This document shows positions 8,801 through 20,118 of a stretch of DNA of 64,000 bases, piece after piece. The stretch's first letter is position 1. Every line of letters begins with the position of its first letter. Source of the stretch: TPA_inf: Saccharomyces. Lineage: Eukaryota. The notes under the pieces are model-generated. The model was given only the letters and a program-made list of their open reading frames with translations. It searched no databases and was not told the DNA's origin. The translations under genes and the position numbers were made by a program. The stretch spans positions 960,001 through 1,024,000 of the forward strand of contig BK006945.2 of the NCBI GenBank assembly GCA_000146045.2. Reading direction: 5' to 3'.

Positions 8801-11695
8801 GAATCCGTAGATAAACTGAGGTTACAGTTTTTATCTAAAACCCTTGAGTGGTTACTTACGCCGTATACTCCAGGCGATGACAAATGTTTTCACGTAGAAT
8901 CCTTACGCTTGGTTAATTCTGTTTTCATTACAATAATCGAAGATTACAAATTTGACATGCTACAAAGGAACTTGATAAGGTTACTACCATATTTGTGTAA
9001 GTCCTTCGTCCATTTAAGAAGGTACTGTAAGAAAGCACGTTTAATGAGGCCTCGAAGAGTTTTTACCATGCTTTTTCCCAGAGAAATTCCATGCAACTAC
9101 ATACCGGTTGATTCAATAGTGAATGATGAAGTAGTCGTAGAAGTTCTTCTAGAGCTTGCCATCATAATTTGTGAAATAACGAAAATTGCATCAAGCAGAT
9201 TTCCATCATATCAATCTTTCAGCGAAATCATAAACTTGTGCGATAAAGACACTCTTTTTCAATCAAATTTTTATTCACGACAAATCACGAATGAAAATGT
9301 CTATACAATAACCAAAACAGTTTTTTTGTTTTTTAAACAAGATTGGTTCCCAGGAATGAAGTGGCTTGGCGTATCAGCGTTATTAGGAAGATCGTCTCTA
9401 ATATTGCTTAGTTTATGCAAGGATTATATCATAGAAAATAATTCACCTTCTCCATCAAAGGAGTCTGAAAAGAGGGTTGACATGCGACTTTGGGCAGAAT
9501 ATGTAAAAGTCATACTACTAGTTTCAAACCATAAAAGTGCATCCTTGACTAAGTTAGCTATTACTCCACGTAAGGCCGTTTATTTGATATCGGGTGACCT
9601 GAAAAAAATTTCAGCATATATCCTAAATGAATGTTGGGATGCCCTAGCCACTGGGCACTATAATATCACTTATGCTAAAAAGTATGGATTAGGAGCCTTG
9701 AGTGATTGCCAATTTGAATTGTTTGTTCATAATCAATTTTTGATACGTGAGATCTTTATTTTTGCTTTCCATAGACATATCGATGCAACAAGAATTTGTT
9801 GCAAAATACTATGGGGATTAGGGCTAAATTTTTGGAGGATATTTGGGTCCCTACAACCAGCAGTGAACGCATGTATCCCAGAATTATTCAGCGCATACCA
9901 AATCGGGAAGCTTCGTTTGAATGATTACGAATTGGAAAGGTTTGTTTCTTGTTTGTTTTTTATGATGCACGTTCCCGATTCTGACACCTTTTTTCCTGCT
10001 TGTATGGATTTCTTAAGAGATTTACTTGGTTTTTTGCATATTGTAAATGAAATCTACAAAATACCTAATCAAGAAGAATTTGATGATGATCGGACTGCTC
10101 GGCACATAGAGATGTTCGAGTACTTGCTAGAAGCAAACAGGCCAGAGTTGTTTCATAAAATGATATATGATTTGTTTATCCACTTTATTCAGAAAAAAGA
10201 CTTTGTTCAAGCAGCTTTGAGTCTAGAACTCTTGGCAGGTACGTACGCTTGGGATTCTAATGATACTCTTGAAGCAATATCTTTCCCGCCATTGCCAGAG
10301 CAATCTTCATTTGAGAGGAAGGAATATCTTCTTAAGGAATCCGCAAGAAACTTTTCGAGAGGCCAAAAACCAGAAAAAGCTTTAGCGGTATACAAGGACT
10401 TGATAAAAGCCTACGATGAGATCAATTATGATTTAAACGGGCTGGCCTTTGTACATGACCAAATAGCAGGCATTTATACCAGATTACAGTCCATTGATAG
10501 ACTGGTTCCAACGTATTTTAAAGTTTCTTTCATGGGATTTGGTTTTCCAAAATCATTAAGAAATAAATCGTTCGTCTTTGAGGGTCTCCCATTTGAACAC
10601 ATTACGTCTATGCATGACAGGCTTCTACGAAGCTATCATGGGTCAAATATTGTACACTCACAAGAAGAAGTGGATATGTTATTGATGAATCCTCCAATGG
10701 GAAAATACATTCATGTAGCTTCCGTCGAACCGTGCTTAAGTATATCCGATAATTACAACAGTAGTGACAAGAAAAGCTCAATTAACAACAAAGTGCGGAT
10801 GTACATTGAGAATAGAGATTTGAGGACTTTCAGTAATTCTCGACGTTTGCCAGGCGCAAAAGGAGTCACTGACCTGTGGGTGGAGGAATATACGTATCAT
10901 ACTATGAATACTTTTCCAACACTAATGAATAGATCAGAAATTGTAAAGGTTACGAAGAGCAAACTTTCTCCACTTGAAAATGCAATTCGTTCCTTACAAG
11001 TTAAAATACAGGAGTTATATGGGCTTGAAAACATGTGCAATAAAACTCTGAAGGACCACGGTGATGTGAACGATTTATTTACCGAGCTTTCTACAAATAT
11101 TACGGGAACAATATCAGCTCCAGTTAATGGAGGCATATCACAGTACAAGGCCTTTTTAGAACCCTCCACATCCAAGCAGTTCAGTACTGATGATTTAGGA
11201 AGATTGACGCTAGCTTTTGATGAGCTTGTTGCAGTATTAGGTCGCTGTCTAACGTTGCATGCAGAACTACTACCATCAAAGGATCTAAAACCATCACATG
11301 ATCTTCTAGTGCGTCTTTTTGAGGAAAATTTCGCTGAGGAGATAGAAAGATATAGTCGTACTCTCAGTGAGGCCAATCGTAGCAGGAATAACATGATTAC
11401 TGCTCGAATAATTTCGCACAAGAACCCCAATAAAAAGGCAAGCTTTTCTGGAAGGGATCATCACACCTCAGGGTCCAATCATAGCCAATTTGTATTAGAA
11501 CATAGCGACTCATTTGGCCCAAACAGTTTACTTTTTGGAAAATATTTAACAAGAACGTTATCCCACTCGTCCACTACGAGCAGTTTGGATAAAAGTGGAA
11601 TTGTTTCCGGCACTTCGAGCACCTTTTTGGCAGGGTCACAGCCAAACACCAACACAGATTCACAGCACAAGCATGATTACTCACATTCGGGATAA
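5897..11695 (+). CDS. DCK1: DOCK-family (CDM) guanine-nucleotide exchange factor, 1932 aa
   Basis: A single 1932-aa ORF whose length and sequence match Dck1 (YLR422W). DHR-1/DHR-2 type architecture. Confidence 0.85.
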   Translation: MSQQDSQRWLPTDRLIYGVLVKSFLPLQRYPELVYENSNYANVYVGAEVYVFEESVDKKWCRAYQCLRPFPEEFISNMNSANDVLPDVKPKVVIFPRKYVHFEAEKAVSTMPFFKAPSAEDFKPLISKECESRSFCDSLYVSSTDDISTGKPRKTPRPPFPFFRYQKRSFKDEMGPILSLISSHVYSMYSIGEFSIYRKMIKLYYDLDTIRFRLSMNLTTEAEKINLIRAATSLRTKIAKFLSSTYRKNKLIANSTPRNPDPYGFEGIFARDIDTGELLSYEIDKLRTLVSSSMLCGLTNNFPTVPVVESDDESSSNGLFGTVRSSILVNLKDLAWDPSISDPKYQDLSICVYLRTKDEVLTESFTMTKSSNMESALDEIPAMLFKNILETIVHKNKVYLVVVLKETIAITTETAPEISSYNISTEESSSHSPFSPFNSSTENKIDHVKKGLAAGVINISPVFKFYNGLSVANKAQRFNLYLYSSDSSDSQNFNSSKDADLGWGGLINKIIKDSSEGVSVNPRAVSLSVTVKEIIGKQEAEKVLSTSLVPIRSIPTYFYDTMFSQAERIYLNLGRVSLYGLPAADTNIENVTVQISCRNKAVKFCKNKLEERSGDWKFVSVRPNESIGESIRIEGVENMNEDETLRVLVYLNGFLMAKSNIHIKKKNEIIEYRKGTVFQIMSSKSVPLIHLELEASYFGRRYNINPAITNFLVLQTKNVEFDQQLKEHYSVTLKQLNNVSFKDLLKHFDTILAHYLLLLESVNEATDKKGPSSSLPNIVFSEFVKFLNLMLTHQENSRYWFNRLYKKVMSKELECPNVAPILIKHMTTIFDRSHSSWTRTGTAICRTILYIIVLAIGSSHSDEMPNFSHFFRSLHKFLMLADEPIMADQILLIESIPSMLETMTNHCKVEDLVRFAIGLFECCQEKEMNQKMYSRPLSVREEEYLNTKFNCLLKLINKKVLQNYLTNTESVDKLRLQFLSKTLEWLLTPYTPGDDKCFHVESLRLVNSVFITIIEDYKFDMLQRNLIRLLPYLCKSFVHLRRYCKKARLMRPRRVFTMLFPREIPCNYIPVDSIVNDEVVVEVLLELAIIICEITKIASSRFPSYQSFSEIINLCDKDTLFQSNFYSRQITNENVYTITKTVFLFFKQDWFPGMKWLGVSALLGRSSLILLSLCKDYIIENNSPSPSKESEKRVDMRLWAEYVKVILLVSNHKSASLTKLAITPRKAVYLISGDLKKISAYILNECWDALATGHYNITYAKKYGLGALSDCQFELFVHNQFLIREIFIFAFHRHIDATRICCKILWGLGLNFWRIFGSLQPAVNACIPELFSAYQIGKLRLNDYELERFVSCLFFMMHVPDSDTFFPACMDFLRDLLGFLHIVNEIYKIPNQEEFDDDRTARHIEMFEYLLEANRPELFHKMIYDLFIHFIQKKDFVQAALSLELLAGTYAWDSNDTLEAISFPPLPEQSSFERKEYLLKESARNFSRGQKPEKALAVYKDLIKAYDEINYDLNGLAFVHDQIAGIYTRLQSIDRLVPTYFKVSFMGFGFPKSLRNKSFVFEGLPFEHITSMHDRLLRSYHGSNIVHSQEEVDMLLMNPPMGKYIHVASVEPCLSISDNYNSSDKKSSINNKVRMYIENRDLRTFSNSRRLPGAKGVTDLWVEEYTYHTMNTFPTLMNRSEIVKVTKSKLSPLENAIRSLQVKIQELYGLENMCNKTLKDHGDVNDLFTELSTNITGTISAPVNGGISQYKAFLEPSTSKQFSTDDLGRLTLAFDELVAVLGRCLTLHAELLPSKDLKPSHDLLVRLFEENFAEEIERYSRTLSEANRSRNNMITARIISHKNPNKKASFSGRDHHTSGSNHSQFVLEHSDSFGPNSLLFGKYLTRTLSHSSTTSSLDKSGIVSGTSSTFLAGSQPNTNTDSQHKHDYSHSG

Positions 11696-11916
11696 TATGT
11701 CAGAAGTTGTTCACTATAAAATATACGCATATGTAATCATTTATTTATTCATTCATGACTTTTAGTTGAAAAGGGCACATTTTTCTTTGTCGTAAAAGTG
11801 AAGAAGACAGCGAATTTTTTCCTTTCTCCTTCAAGTATTGCTTTTTTGATAAAGTATTTTTCGAAATATTGATACAATTATTGAATCTTTGTACCGTATC
11901 CTTTTTTTCCTTTTTT

Positions 11917-13170
11917 CTAAGGATTCTTCACGTTGTAATTTAAAGTGTACAGGGAAGAAAAATCGTCAATTTTACCGGGCCAGATTGTCTCAGGAAGATA
12001 AGTTCCATTTTCCGCTATAAAATTCTGACGTTCTTCCTGGTCCTGAGCATCTAAATTCTGCAACTGCTTTTCACAATCTTTCAATATAGTTTTCATTCTG
12101 TTTGCCACATCCTTTCTCCTCTTTGCTTCTAGAACTAAGTTACCGTAGCTTTCTTCAAAATTATCATAAAATTCACAAAGTTCCTTAGTTGTTTGAATAT
12201 CTTGTGTACAGGAATTTTTGAAGCTATCAATCAGATTGGAAATATCTTTAAAGATTAATAGATATTCCAAATTTCTATTGAAATCGTTTATTATTTCAGA
12301 AACTTCGCTGTGTAGTTCTGTCTTTTCCTTTATTTTTGCCTGCAAAAATTGACCCAAGTTAAGAATTGTTTTGTCCACGTCATCAATTACCTCATGCAGA
12401 GTTTTGAAAATGTTGTATAGTTCTTTGTCGTCGCCTTGTACCACCTTAAACAGCTCCTCACGTTCATCGTTATCAATTTTTTTATCTTGTAACAGCAATG
12501 TCTTATCAAAGTGCTGTGTCAATGAATTCATTATCTCTGCTAAATCTTTTTCAAGGTCCGTTAGTTCCCTGCTAAACTGCTCTGCAACATTTGTTTCCAT
12601 CAGGTTATCTATACCAAATTTACTTTGGAATTTTTGAGTTACGTCCGTCAACTTGGTATCAATCAGTTCTTTGTTAACTTTTCTGACCATATTTTCGTAT
12701 TGAAGCTTAATGTTTTCAATTTGACGCTCAATTACTGGCACTTCTTTCAGTTTGTCATTCAATAAGTTAACGTTGTCTCTCGAGATGTAATCTCCTAGTT
12801 TAGAGGGATCGGTATCATCTTTTTCTGATATGCTCAATTCATTTACTATACCATCCAACCTTTGTACTTTAGAAGTGATTTCATATTGCCAGTACTTCAT
12901 CTCATCAACTAAGACCACTAAGACAGCTTGATTCCATTGTTTCTGGATTAGCTTTGTCCCAATGCCTTCCTTTAAAATAGTGTAAAGAAACTTTCCTTGC
13001 TGTCTCAAGCCAACTATTAGAAAATTGAGTTTTGAAATACTCAACTGCCAAGATGACAATTTTTTCTTAATATCTACAATCCTTAAATTAGCACTTGAAC
13101 ATAAAAGTTGAGCATCGGTCAGCGTTTTCCTGGCATTATTAACAAATTTTGTAACATCTGCTTCGTTCAT
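11917..13170 (-). CDS. ATG17: Autophagy scaffold protein Atg17, 417 aa
   Basis: The N-terminus [38 protein letters not shown] and the coiled-coil-rich 417-aa length match Atg17 (YLR423C). Confidence 0.85.
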   Translation of the reverse strand: MNEADVTKFVNNARKTLTDAQLLCSSANLRIVDIKKKLSSWQLSISKLNFLIVGLRQQGKFLYTILKEGIGTKLIQKQWNQAVLVVLVDEMKYWQYEITSKVQRLDGIVNELSISEKDDTDPSKLGDYISRDNVNLLNDKLKEVPVIERQIENIKLQYENMVRKVNKELIDTKLTDVTQKFQSKFGIDNLMETNVAEQFSRELTDLEKDLAEIMNSLTQHFDKTLLLQDKKIDNDEREELFKVVQGDDKELYNIFKTLHEVIDDVDKTILNLGQFLQAKIKEKTELHSEVSEIINDFNRNLEYLLIFKDISNLIDSFKNSCTQDIQTTKELCEFYDNFEESYGNLVLEAKRRKDVANRMKTILKDCEKQLQNLDAQDQEERQNFIAENGTYLPETIWPGKIDDFSSLYTLNYNVKNP

Positions 13171-13394
13171 AGGTGTTAAATACGTTGATAATATCCTCGC
13201 AGTATCGAATTTATCGTACGTTATGCGACTTTCAAATAATTATCAAGTTAGGGATATCTTGCAATTTTTAATACTGAGGCCTTAGAGCGCGCATCTAGTA
13301 TTTACATTATGTCAAAACAATAACAAAAATCCAAAATTTCGAAATAGTACAACCGAGAGAGGTCGAAGAACTTAAGCCTTCAGTACGCCAAAAC

Positions 13395-15521
13395 ATGGAG
13401 GATTCGGACTCCAACACAGATAAAAAGTTCTTTTTCAAAAAAAGAAGAATCGATTCCTATAATTATAGCGATGAGGAAGATAATAATTCAAGCATGAATA
13501 GTGACATGACATACACTAATGATGCCTTGAAAACTAGTAGCGGCAATGCCCCAACGATCTCAAAATTAACGAAGACATATGGTATTGGTGCGAAGTTACT
13601 TTCGAGTATGGGATATGTTGCGGGAAAAGGCCTTGGGAAGGATGGTTCTGGTATAACTACACCAATAGAAACCCAAAGCCGACCTATGCACAATGCAGGT
13701 CTAGGAATGTTTTCAAATACCAACTCCAGTAACTATCACAGTGAAAATGAGGATTACTTGAGCTCTGAGGATGAGGTGGTTGAAGGTATAGAACAAGTCA
13801 AATTCAATAAAACCTCCACGGAGGTTTTAGGCGAAGCGTTGTTAAATGATAGTGGTGATATGACTATAGTGCGAACACTGAGAGAATTGAGGTTAGCAGG
13901 GGTACAATTACCAGAGAGTATCCTAAAAGAATTAGACCCTTTAAATGCAGTACCAAAGCCGAAAAAAGATGTTGTTGTGGAGATATTGCAAGAGCTGCTG
14001 GGTATTGAAAAAAGTTTGGAAGCTATTCGTCAGCGCACCTCTCCGTTAGAAGTGCAAGTCAAAGAATATTATGGACAAGAGAGGCTTCTTTCTGAATTGG
14101 AGGTTACTTTGAGGGACGAAAGCAAGCATGTTTCCCTGTATGATAAGATTGGTGCTATTTTAAAATTGTCCGACGACGAGCTCATAGATAGGCTAACGTC
14201 CTGCTTATTGAGAAAAGAATTACTAATAGAATTTGATTTGGATCATTTAGAAAAGCCAAACGATATACTTGATGAGTTAACGCAAATTATAGAACTACTC
14301 GCATATAGAATGGATACAACTTCGAAATTTTTGAACAGGACACAAACAACAATCTTTAAAGTTATATATCCCAAACTCAAAAAATTTTGGGAAGGGTTTG
14401 ATATGACTAAATCAAAAATCGACAGCGCTATCACCCTATTACTGGATTTCCAACAAGTGCTAAGTTTTATCGGGTGTAAAGAGCATATCATGGAGGAATT
14501 CGTCTATCCAAAGCTATTACAGGAATTAGATAATTGGGAACTTCACGATGAAGTAGACCATGTTTCGCCAAGAATATGGGTCTTGGATTTTATGGTTTTA
14601 ATTGACGATAAGATCAAAGACACAATTGTGGACAAGATTGAAGCAAAATTTTTTGCTTATTGTAAAAATTGGTACCATAGGGAATCATTTTGTATCACTA
14701 ATTCTGATATTATATTTATCAAAGAACTTATCTGCGAACGAAGATATTACAAAATTTTATGTAAAGAGTTTCTTCCTAAATTCCTGGACGAGCTGTGGGA
14801 AAGACATAATGACCCCATCTACGAGTTAGAGGATTGGAAGGAAAAACAGGAATGGAAAGAAAAAGATTCTGGATTTTTCTATTTTATGAAAAAACTGAGA
14901 AGTTATACCCATTATTTTCATCCAAAACAGTATGAATTGATGATGCGGGGAACCTTTAATAATATAAACAAAATACTCTATCAATGGCATCTTTATAGTA
15001 CAGTGGAAGACTTACACAAGTCAAAGTGGTGGCTTAATTGGCTGATGAATACGGTATTTGAGCACTCTTTACCAACAGAAATAGAACTATCGGAGATCAG
15101 AAAAAGCTATAATATATTCGCTATGTCTCATAGGTACCACCTTGATAAATCTACATTAGATGAAGATTTCGATTTGAGACAGGGTTTACGAAACTTAATG
15201 GAAACACAAGTGATCGACGATATTAGTCAAAGCGAACAAGAACCTACCTATACTGTACAAAATATTCCGCTTGGAAAAGTTAGCAGCTCTTTCAAGGATG
15301 TGGTAGAAGACTACTGCCTGGAAAAAGGGTACTTGATCAGCAAAATACCAAATAGGTACACTCAACTGCCATATGGAAGAGACCAAGATTGTATAGTTCC
15401 TTTATTTGAGATCCGAAACGGGAAGAAAAAAATGGAAGTTGCTTTGAAACATGATATTCTTTGGGTGGAGGATTCCAGTGGGACCTTTAAGCCAATTTAT
15501 TTATGGGCCCTTGACCTCTAG
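13395..15521 (+). CDS. SPP382: G-patch spliceosome disassembly factor (Ntr1), 708 aa
   Basis: A G-patch motif (GIGAKLLSSMGYVAGKGLGKDGSGITTPIE) and the 708-aa length match YLR424W. Confidence 0.85.
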   Translation: MEDSDSNTDKKFFFKKRRIDSYNYSDEEDNNSSMNSDMTYTNDALKTSSGNAPTISKLTKTYGIGAKLLSSMGYVAGKGLGKDGSGITTPIETQSRPMHNAGLGMFSNTNSSNYHSENEDYLSSEDEVVEGIEQVKFNKTSTEVLGEALLNDSGDMTIVRTLRELRLAGVQLPESILKELDPLNAVPKPKKDVVVEILQELLGIEKSLEAIRQRTSPLEVQVKEYYGQERLLSELEVTLRDESKHVSLYDKIGAILKLSDDELIDRLTSCLLRKELLIEFDLDHLEKPNDILDELTQIIELLAYRMDTTSKFLNRTQTTIFKVIYPKLKKFWEGFDMTKSKIDSAITLLLDFQQVLSFIGCKEHIMEEFVYPKLLQELDNWELHDEVDHVSPRIWVLDFMVLIDDKIKDTIVDKIEAKFFAYCKNWYHRESFCITNSDIIFIKELICERRYYKILCKEFLPKFLDELWERHNDPIYELEDWKEKQEWKEKDSGFFYFMKKLRSYTHYFHPKQYELMMRGTFNNINKILYQWHLYSTVEDLHKSKWWLNWLMNTVFEHSLPTEIELSEIRKSYNIFAMSHRYHLDKSTLDEDFDLRQGLRNLMETQVIDDISQSEQEPTYTVQNIPLGKVSSSFKDVVEDYCLEKGYLISKIPNRYTQLPYGRDQDCIVPLFEIRNGKKKMEVALKHDILWVEDSSGTFKPIYLWALDL

Positions 15522-15982
15522 AAAGTACCTATAAAAGAGGTGAGATAGGCACGATTTATATATTATTGTCGAAAAACAAAATTGATTAGATTACTAAATA
15601 AATAATAATTGCATTACCATTTTTAGACAATGGATTAATTTAAAGTGGAGTCTATTAATTCCCCTTATTTGATAGTTGTTGGTATTTTGCCCTTGAAATG
15701 TTTCCAAAATTTATTGTTTAAACTTTTATACTTCGCTAGACTCTCGTAGTTAGACTGTTAAGAGTTGTGGCAGAAGGAAACGAGTTTCGGATGGGATCAA
15801 AGGACCTTTTTTATATCAAGATCAAATGGAGCTGTTATTTTCCAAGAAAGACAGAAGAAAGCCCGAATGTGGCTAAGTAGTGAGCCTAATCAAGTAGTCA
15901 GCTTCACTTGATATTAGTTTATACGATTACTATTTTAATGGAGTTTTTAGCTCACTAAATAATTTAATGCAAAAAAAATAAA

Positions 15983-16056
15983 CGACCCCAGTGAGGGTTG
16001 AACTCACGATCTTGCGATTAACAGTCGCACGCCTTAACCAACTTGGCCATGGAGTC
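15983..16056 (-). tRNA. tN(GUU): tRNA-Asn, anticodon GUU, 74 nt
   Basis: The reverse complement reads GACTCCATGGCCAAGTTGGTTAAGGCGTGCGACTGTTAATCGCAAGATCGTGAGTTCAACCCTCACTGGGGTCG. Anticodon loop CTGTTAA gives GTT. The B box is GGTTCAACCC. A T-run terminator follows on the minus strand (plus strand aaaaaaaataaa at 15971-15982). Confidence 0.9.
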
Positions 16057-16257
16057 TTTTATTTCCGATATCTGCTGAGTTAAAAATTATATAATATTAT
16101 TGATAGCTTCTATCATTGACCTTCAATTACTTATGTTGGAATATCAAAAATGTGAGATTTTTTTTTTCAAATAGTTTTGAAGAATCAGCGAATAATTTGA
16201 TACTTTTTGGGATTCTTGTTAGTAACGGCTATTGTTGGAGTTAAACTTCTTTAAATT

Positions 16258-16589
16258 TGTAGAGTATGTGGATTTTGATGTAATTGTTGGGATTCCATTG
16301 TGATTAAGGCTATAATATTAGGTATGTAGATATACTAGAAGTTCTCCTCGAGGATTTAGGAATCCATAAAAGGGAATCTGCAATTCTACACAATTCTATA
16401 AATATTATTATCATCATTTTATATGTTAATATTCATTGATCCTATTACATTATCAATCCTTGCGTTTCAGCTTCCACTAATTTAGATGACTATTTCTCAT
16501 CATTTGCGTCATCTTCTAACACCGTATATGATAATATACTAGTAACGTAAATACTAGTTAGTAGATGATAGTTGATTTTTATTCCAACA
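16258..16589 (-). repeat. Ty2 3' LTR (delta)
   Basis: It differs from the 5' LTR at 3 positions out of about 332: A/T at 16265 vs 21375, G/A near 16353 vs 21463, and A/G near 16417 vs 21527. Confidence 0.9.
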
Positions 16590-16611
16590 TACCACCCATA
16601 ATGTAATAGAT

Positions 16612-19600
16612 CTAATGAATCCATTTGTTAGTTAATAGTTTAAATGTTTTTATCGGAAGAGGTTTTGTCATCACATCAGCAATGTTCTTCTTGGTCTCGA
16701 TGTAGTATACGTATAAATTATTACCTGATACTTCATCTCTAAGTCTCATTGCCTTTGTGCCAAAAAATCTGTTTCTAAATTTCTCTTCATTTATTTCTAG
16801 TTCATCCTGGTCTATATAATGACCTGGTTGACCTGGAGCTCTAAGTTTCTTTCCTTTTGGGTTCAAAGGTACGTTTAGTTTGGGTAATTTTTCTGTCAAG
16901 GATTTTTCCATACCTAATTTCATGTACTTGCTTCTTTGATATTTGATCTCTAATCCAAGTATGTCGTACTGAATTTCGTTATCACCTTCACCCAGATTTA
17001 TTATCTTTGTATCGTATTGTTTCTTGAGTGTTGTTATGATTTTCTTATTTGCATTTAAGTCTTTGCTGAATAATATCATATCATCAACGAATAAGCAAAT
17101 TGTTACTTGACTATTCTTAAATACGCATGACCATCCGCGAACTTCTTGCATGTCGCAACAATTTATTAAATATGATTTAATGGTTTCATACCAGTTTGCA
17201 CCACTTTGTTTCAAACCATAGAGTGATTTTCTCAAACGTAGTAACTTATCATTCAAACCTAAATGTGGTGGAGGTCTTATGTATAATTCTTCTTTGATAT
17301 CAGCATATAAGTAAGCAGAGGATATGTCCAGCTGTGTGATATAATAGTCATTGTCTAATGCGATTGACAATGACGTCATCAGTGCATAGTGATGTACGGT
17401 ATTGGATTGCATATCAGAATCATATGTATCGGGGTGTTGAATGTCGCTTCTTGCAACAAATCTAGCTTTGTGTGTACCATCACGTTTCTTGTTAAATATA
17501 AACATTGAGTTTATTACTTTTTTAGGATCTATGTCATTTCTATCATAATATTTGTTTGTATCCCAAGTGTTCATTTTCAATAGTTGGCTAATTTCTTTAT
17601 GATAAGCTTCAACATATCTGTCTTTTTCTTTGTTGTCTTTATTATATGTAATTGCTTCATCATATCTTAAGGTCGTTCGAACTGGTTTGATCGATTTCAC
17701 TCCTTTTATTGCTGCAATTAAATTTATGCGTTTCTTCGATCTTGGTGGTTCCAGACTTCTCATATTCTTATTATTCCATGTGTCTCGGGATACCTCAATT
17801 TCAGTTTCATTATCTTCTAATGATCTTTTCTTACTTTTGGTAGTAGTCAGAACATTAGAATCATCCATACCACCCAAACTGGAATTAGTCTGACGAGAGT
17901 GTATGTGTGGAATATCTTTTGAAACATCAGAAGTGTCCGTAGGAGATTTATGGGTTAAGTCAGGAAGTGGGAGGTCGTCAAGAATAGAATCAGCCGTAAC
18001 ATTTTTTGAGGATTTGTCAGGCATTATATTAGGAGTCGCATGGTCAGAAGATCGATATTCTGGCGGATCCGTATCAATGGAGGGTGTATTATCACATACA
18101 GCCTTTGTTTCTATGGAGATGATGGGAGTAGTGGATTCACTGTTGGACGAACGGTCATCTATTGAGGGCGTACTATTTGTAGTCCTGTATTTGATATTTG
18201 TATCACTATTTCGTTGAATATATGGTTCCTCCGTACCACCCAAACGTGTAGTTTTGATGTTTTCAAGTCCATAATTAACTCTATCCTGTGAGGTCAAATC
18301 AATCATCTCATTGGTACTACCAGGTCGGTTTTGGTTTCGTGCAGTGAAGGTAGACGAGTGTCTAGGTGAAGTAGTATCTGATTCAACGGTACCACCCATT
18401 TCGGTACTCTCTTTATTAATGATATGGGGTGTACGAGATCGTATAGTAGATGGAAGAATATTGTATTCAGATATGTCGGCATCAACTTCTTTTGGTGCAC
18501 GTACTTTTTGGACTGGTTCCTTGTCTAATTGTAAAGGGTTTATTGATTGGGACGAGAAGTCGTTCACTAGAGGATCAGAGTTTATTTCAATCTCCGATTG
18601 ATAGTCATGATCAGATTCTTTATTTTGATCATATGACTGCTCTGTTTCATTTTGTTCAATAAAAGATTGGTTATGGGCTGTTAAACGATTGAGATCATCA
18701 TCAAAAGTGAGTGTATCGTAGTCGAACTGGTCCAATTTCGTTTGCTTGTTTTGTAATATAACGTAATTGGTAGTATCTACTGTCTTTTTTAAGGATGGAA
18801 GATAGATAATATAGCCATAAGAGTTTCGTGATGGATGTAAGGCGTAACCTGGAATGCCACGAGGATGTATTTTCGAGTCGGGATTATGGTTGTTAACTAT
18901 AACCGGTTGACCGAAAGGTAGTATAGTAGTAATGTCCAGTCCAGCTAAACCTGCATGTTGTCTTGCAGATTTATCGTTTTTTGGTGAGACTAATGAATTT
19001 CTGATTATAGTAGAAAATTCGACTGCTGAGAACCATAGATGATTTGGTAGACCACTGCAATGAAGCAGTGTGCGACAATCGTTTAATAAAGTACGATTTA
19101 ATCGTTCAGCGACACCGTGTGCTCTAGAATCTGCCGTGGTTGTATAGCATGCAGTAATACCTCTGTTCGTAAAGAACTTATGAAGAGTTTTGTTAGTGTA
19201 CTCGGAGCCACGATCCATCTGGATAACTAGAACGCGAGCATTGAATTGGTTCTTAATAAATGCTAATATCGATGTAAAAACATTGAGGATAGATTCTTCA
19301 CGACGGTCGTGTAATGGGTACACCCATTGGAATCTGGTTTTCTCATCTGTAAACGATATAAAGTAAGAAGGTGCACTTTTCGGTAAGTGATGTACAGGAC
19401 CAAATATATCGGTATGCAAGTACTGAAAAGGCTCATATGATTCTTGGTACTTTAGTCGTGATCCTTTGACATGCCTATGTTTCGTGCTTTTGCCGATTAG
19501 ACAGTCAGGACATTGATATGTGCTAGCGTTAGACCATTCAATATCCGATTCTTTCAAATATGTAACTGCATTCTTCTTAAGAGACTTCTGAATACTTCGG

Positions 19601-20118
19601 AAGTTAGCATGTCCAAGCATTCGATGTATTAACGGATATGGATATTTATTTACGCTTTTGCTTTTGTTGACGTTGTTTATTGTTAGCTTTGAAATGTGCG
19701 AAGGAATTAGGTATTTTTTAGATAACCAGTAAAAGTCTCCATGTTTGACTATGGGAGCTAGTACTGTACCATCCGATCTTTCTAAAGTGTTTCTGGTAAA
19801 GCAGGCAGTAATATTTTGGTTAGCCAGCTCACTCAAACTTAATAGATCATAGGCTATGTTTGGTGTGTGTAGTGCTTTTATTGATGTTTTGGTGCCGTTC
19901 TGAAAGTTGAAGTGAAGATTACCAATGGCATTTATAGGAATGTCTTGTTTTTGAGCATCGACTATGTTTATTTCAGAATTGGGTGTTGCATGGTGTAAAT
20001 AATGGGCTGATCTGACAAGCGTTTGCGAAGCTCCTGAATCAATAAGAAGGTGATCAGGTAGTTCGTCATTCGAGTCTATTGTGCGTGTTGGCTTAGATTC
20101 TTTCTGTTGCTGGCCTAA
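16612..20118 (-). CDS. TYB: Ty2 TYB (Pol: PR-IN-RT), expressed by +1 frameshift from TYA. The RNase H domain is missing (about 1169 codons versus about 1339 expected)
   Basis: The ORF runs continuously from the CTTAGGC frameshift site to NKWIH*. The translation reads ...[15 protein letters not shown]|[19 protein letters not shown].... This skips the segment that in intact Ty1/Ty2 contains the RNase H catalytic motifs (ISDASYG, TEAE, TDSKS). Confidence 0.8.
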   Translation of the reverse strand, partial: LGQQQKESKPTRTIDSNDELPDHLLIDSGASQTLVRSAHYLHHATPNSEINIVDAQKQDIPINAIGNLHFNFQNGTKTSIKALHTPNIAYDLLSLSELANQNITACFTRNTLERSDGTVLAPIVKHGDFYWLSKKYLIPSHISKLTINNVNKSKSVNKYPYPLIHRMLGHANFRSIQKSLKKNAVTYLKESDIEWSNASTYQCPDCLIGKSTKHRHVKGSRLKYQESYEPFQYLHTDIFGPVHHLPKSAPSYFISFTDEKTRFQWVYPLHDRREESILNVFTSILAFIKNQFNARVLVIQMDRGSEYTNKTLHKFFTNRGITACYTTTADSRAHGVAERLNRTLLNDCRTLLHCSGLPNHLWFSAVEFSTIIRNSLVSPKNDKSARQHAGLAGLDITTILPFGQPVIVNNHNPDSKIHPRGIPGYALHPSRNSYGYIIYLPSLKKTVDTTNYVILQNKQTKLDQFDYDTLTFDDDLNRLTAHNQSFIEQNETEQSYDQNKESDHDYQSEIEINSDPLVNDFSSQSINPLQLDKEPVQKVRAPKEVDADISEYNILPSTIRSRTPHIINKESTEMGGTVESDTTSPRHSSTFTARNQNRPGSTNEMIDLTSQDRVNYGLENIKTTRLGGTEEPYIQRNSDTNIKYRTTNSTPSIDDRSSNSESTTPIISIETKAVCDNTPSIDTDPPEYRSSDHATPNIMPDKSSKNVTADSILDDLPLPDLTHKSPTDTSDVSKDIPHIHSRQTNSSLGGMDDSNVLTTTKSKKRSLEDNETEIEVSRDTWNNKNMRSLEPPRSKKRINLIAAIKGVKSIKPVRTTLRYDEAITYNKDNKEKDRYVEAYHKEISQLLKMNTWDTNKYYDRNDIDPKKVINSMFIFNKKRDGTHKARFVARSDIQHPDTYDSDMQSNTVHHYALMTSLSIALDNDYYITQLDISSAYLYADIKEELYIRPPPHLGLNDKLLRLRKSLYGLKQSGANWYETIKSYLINCCDMQEVRGWSCVFKNSQVTICLFVDDMILFSKDLNANKKIITTLKKQYDTKIINLGEGDNEIQYDILGLEIKYQRSKYMKLGMEKSLTEKLPKLNVPLNPKGKKLRAPGQPGHYIDQDELEINEEKFRNRFFGTKAMRLRDEVSGNNLYVYYIETKKNIADVMTKPLPIKTFKLLTNKWIH

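Noticed and set aside
10897-11430. 177-aa ORF antisense to the 3' part of DCK1
   Set aside because: It lies wholly inside a long, well-supported sense ORF. It is hydrophobic and low-complexity, with no start context or promoter.
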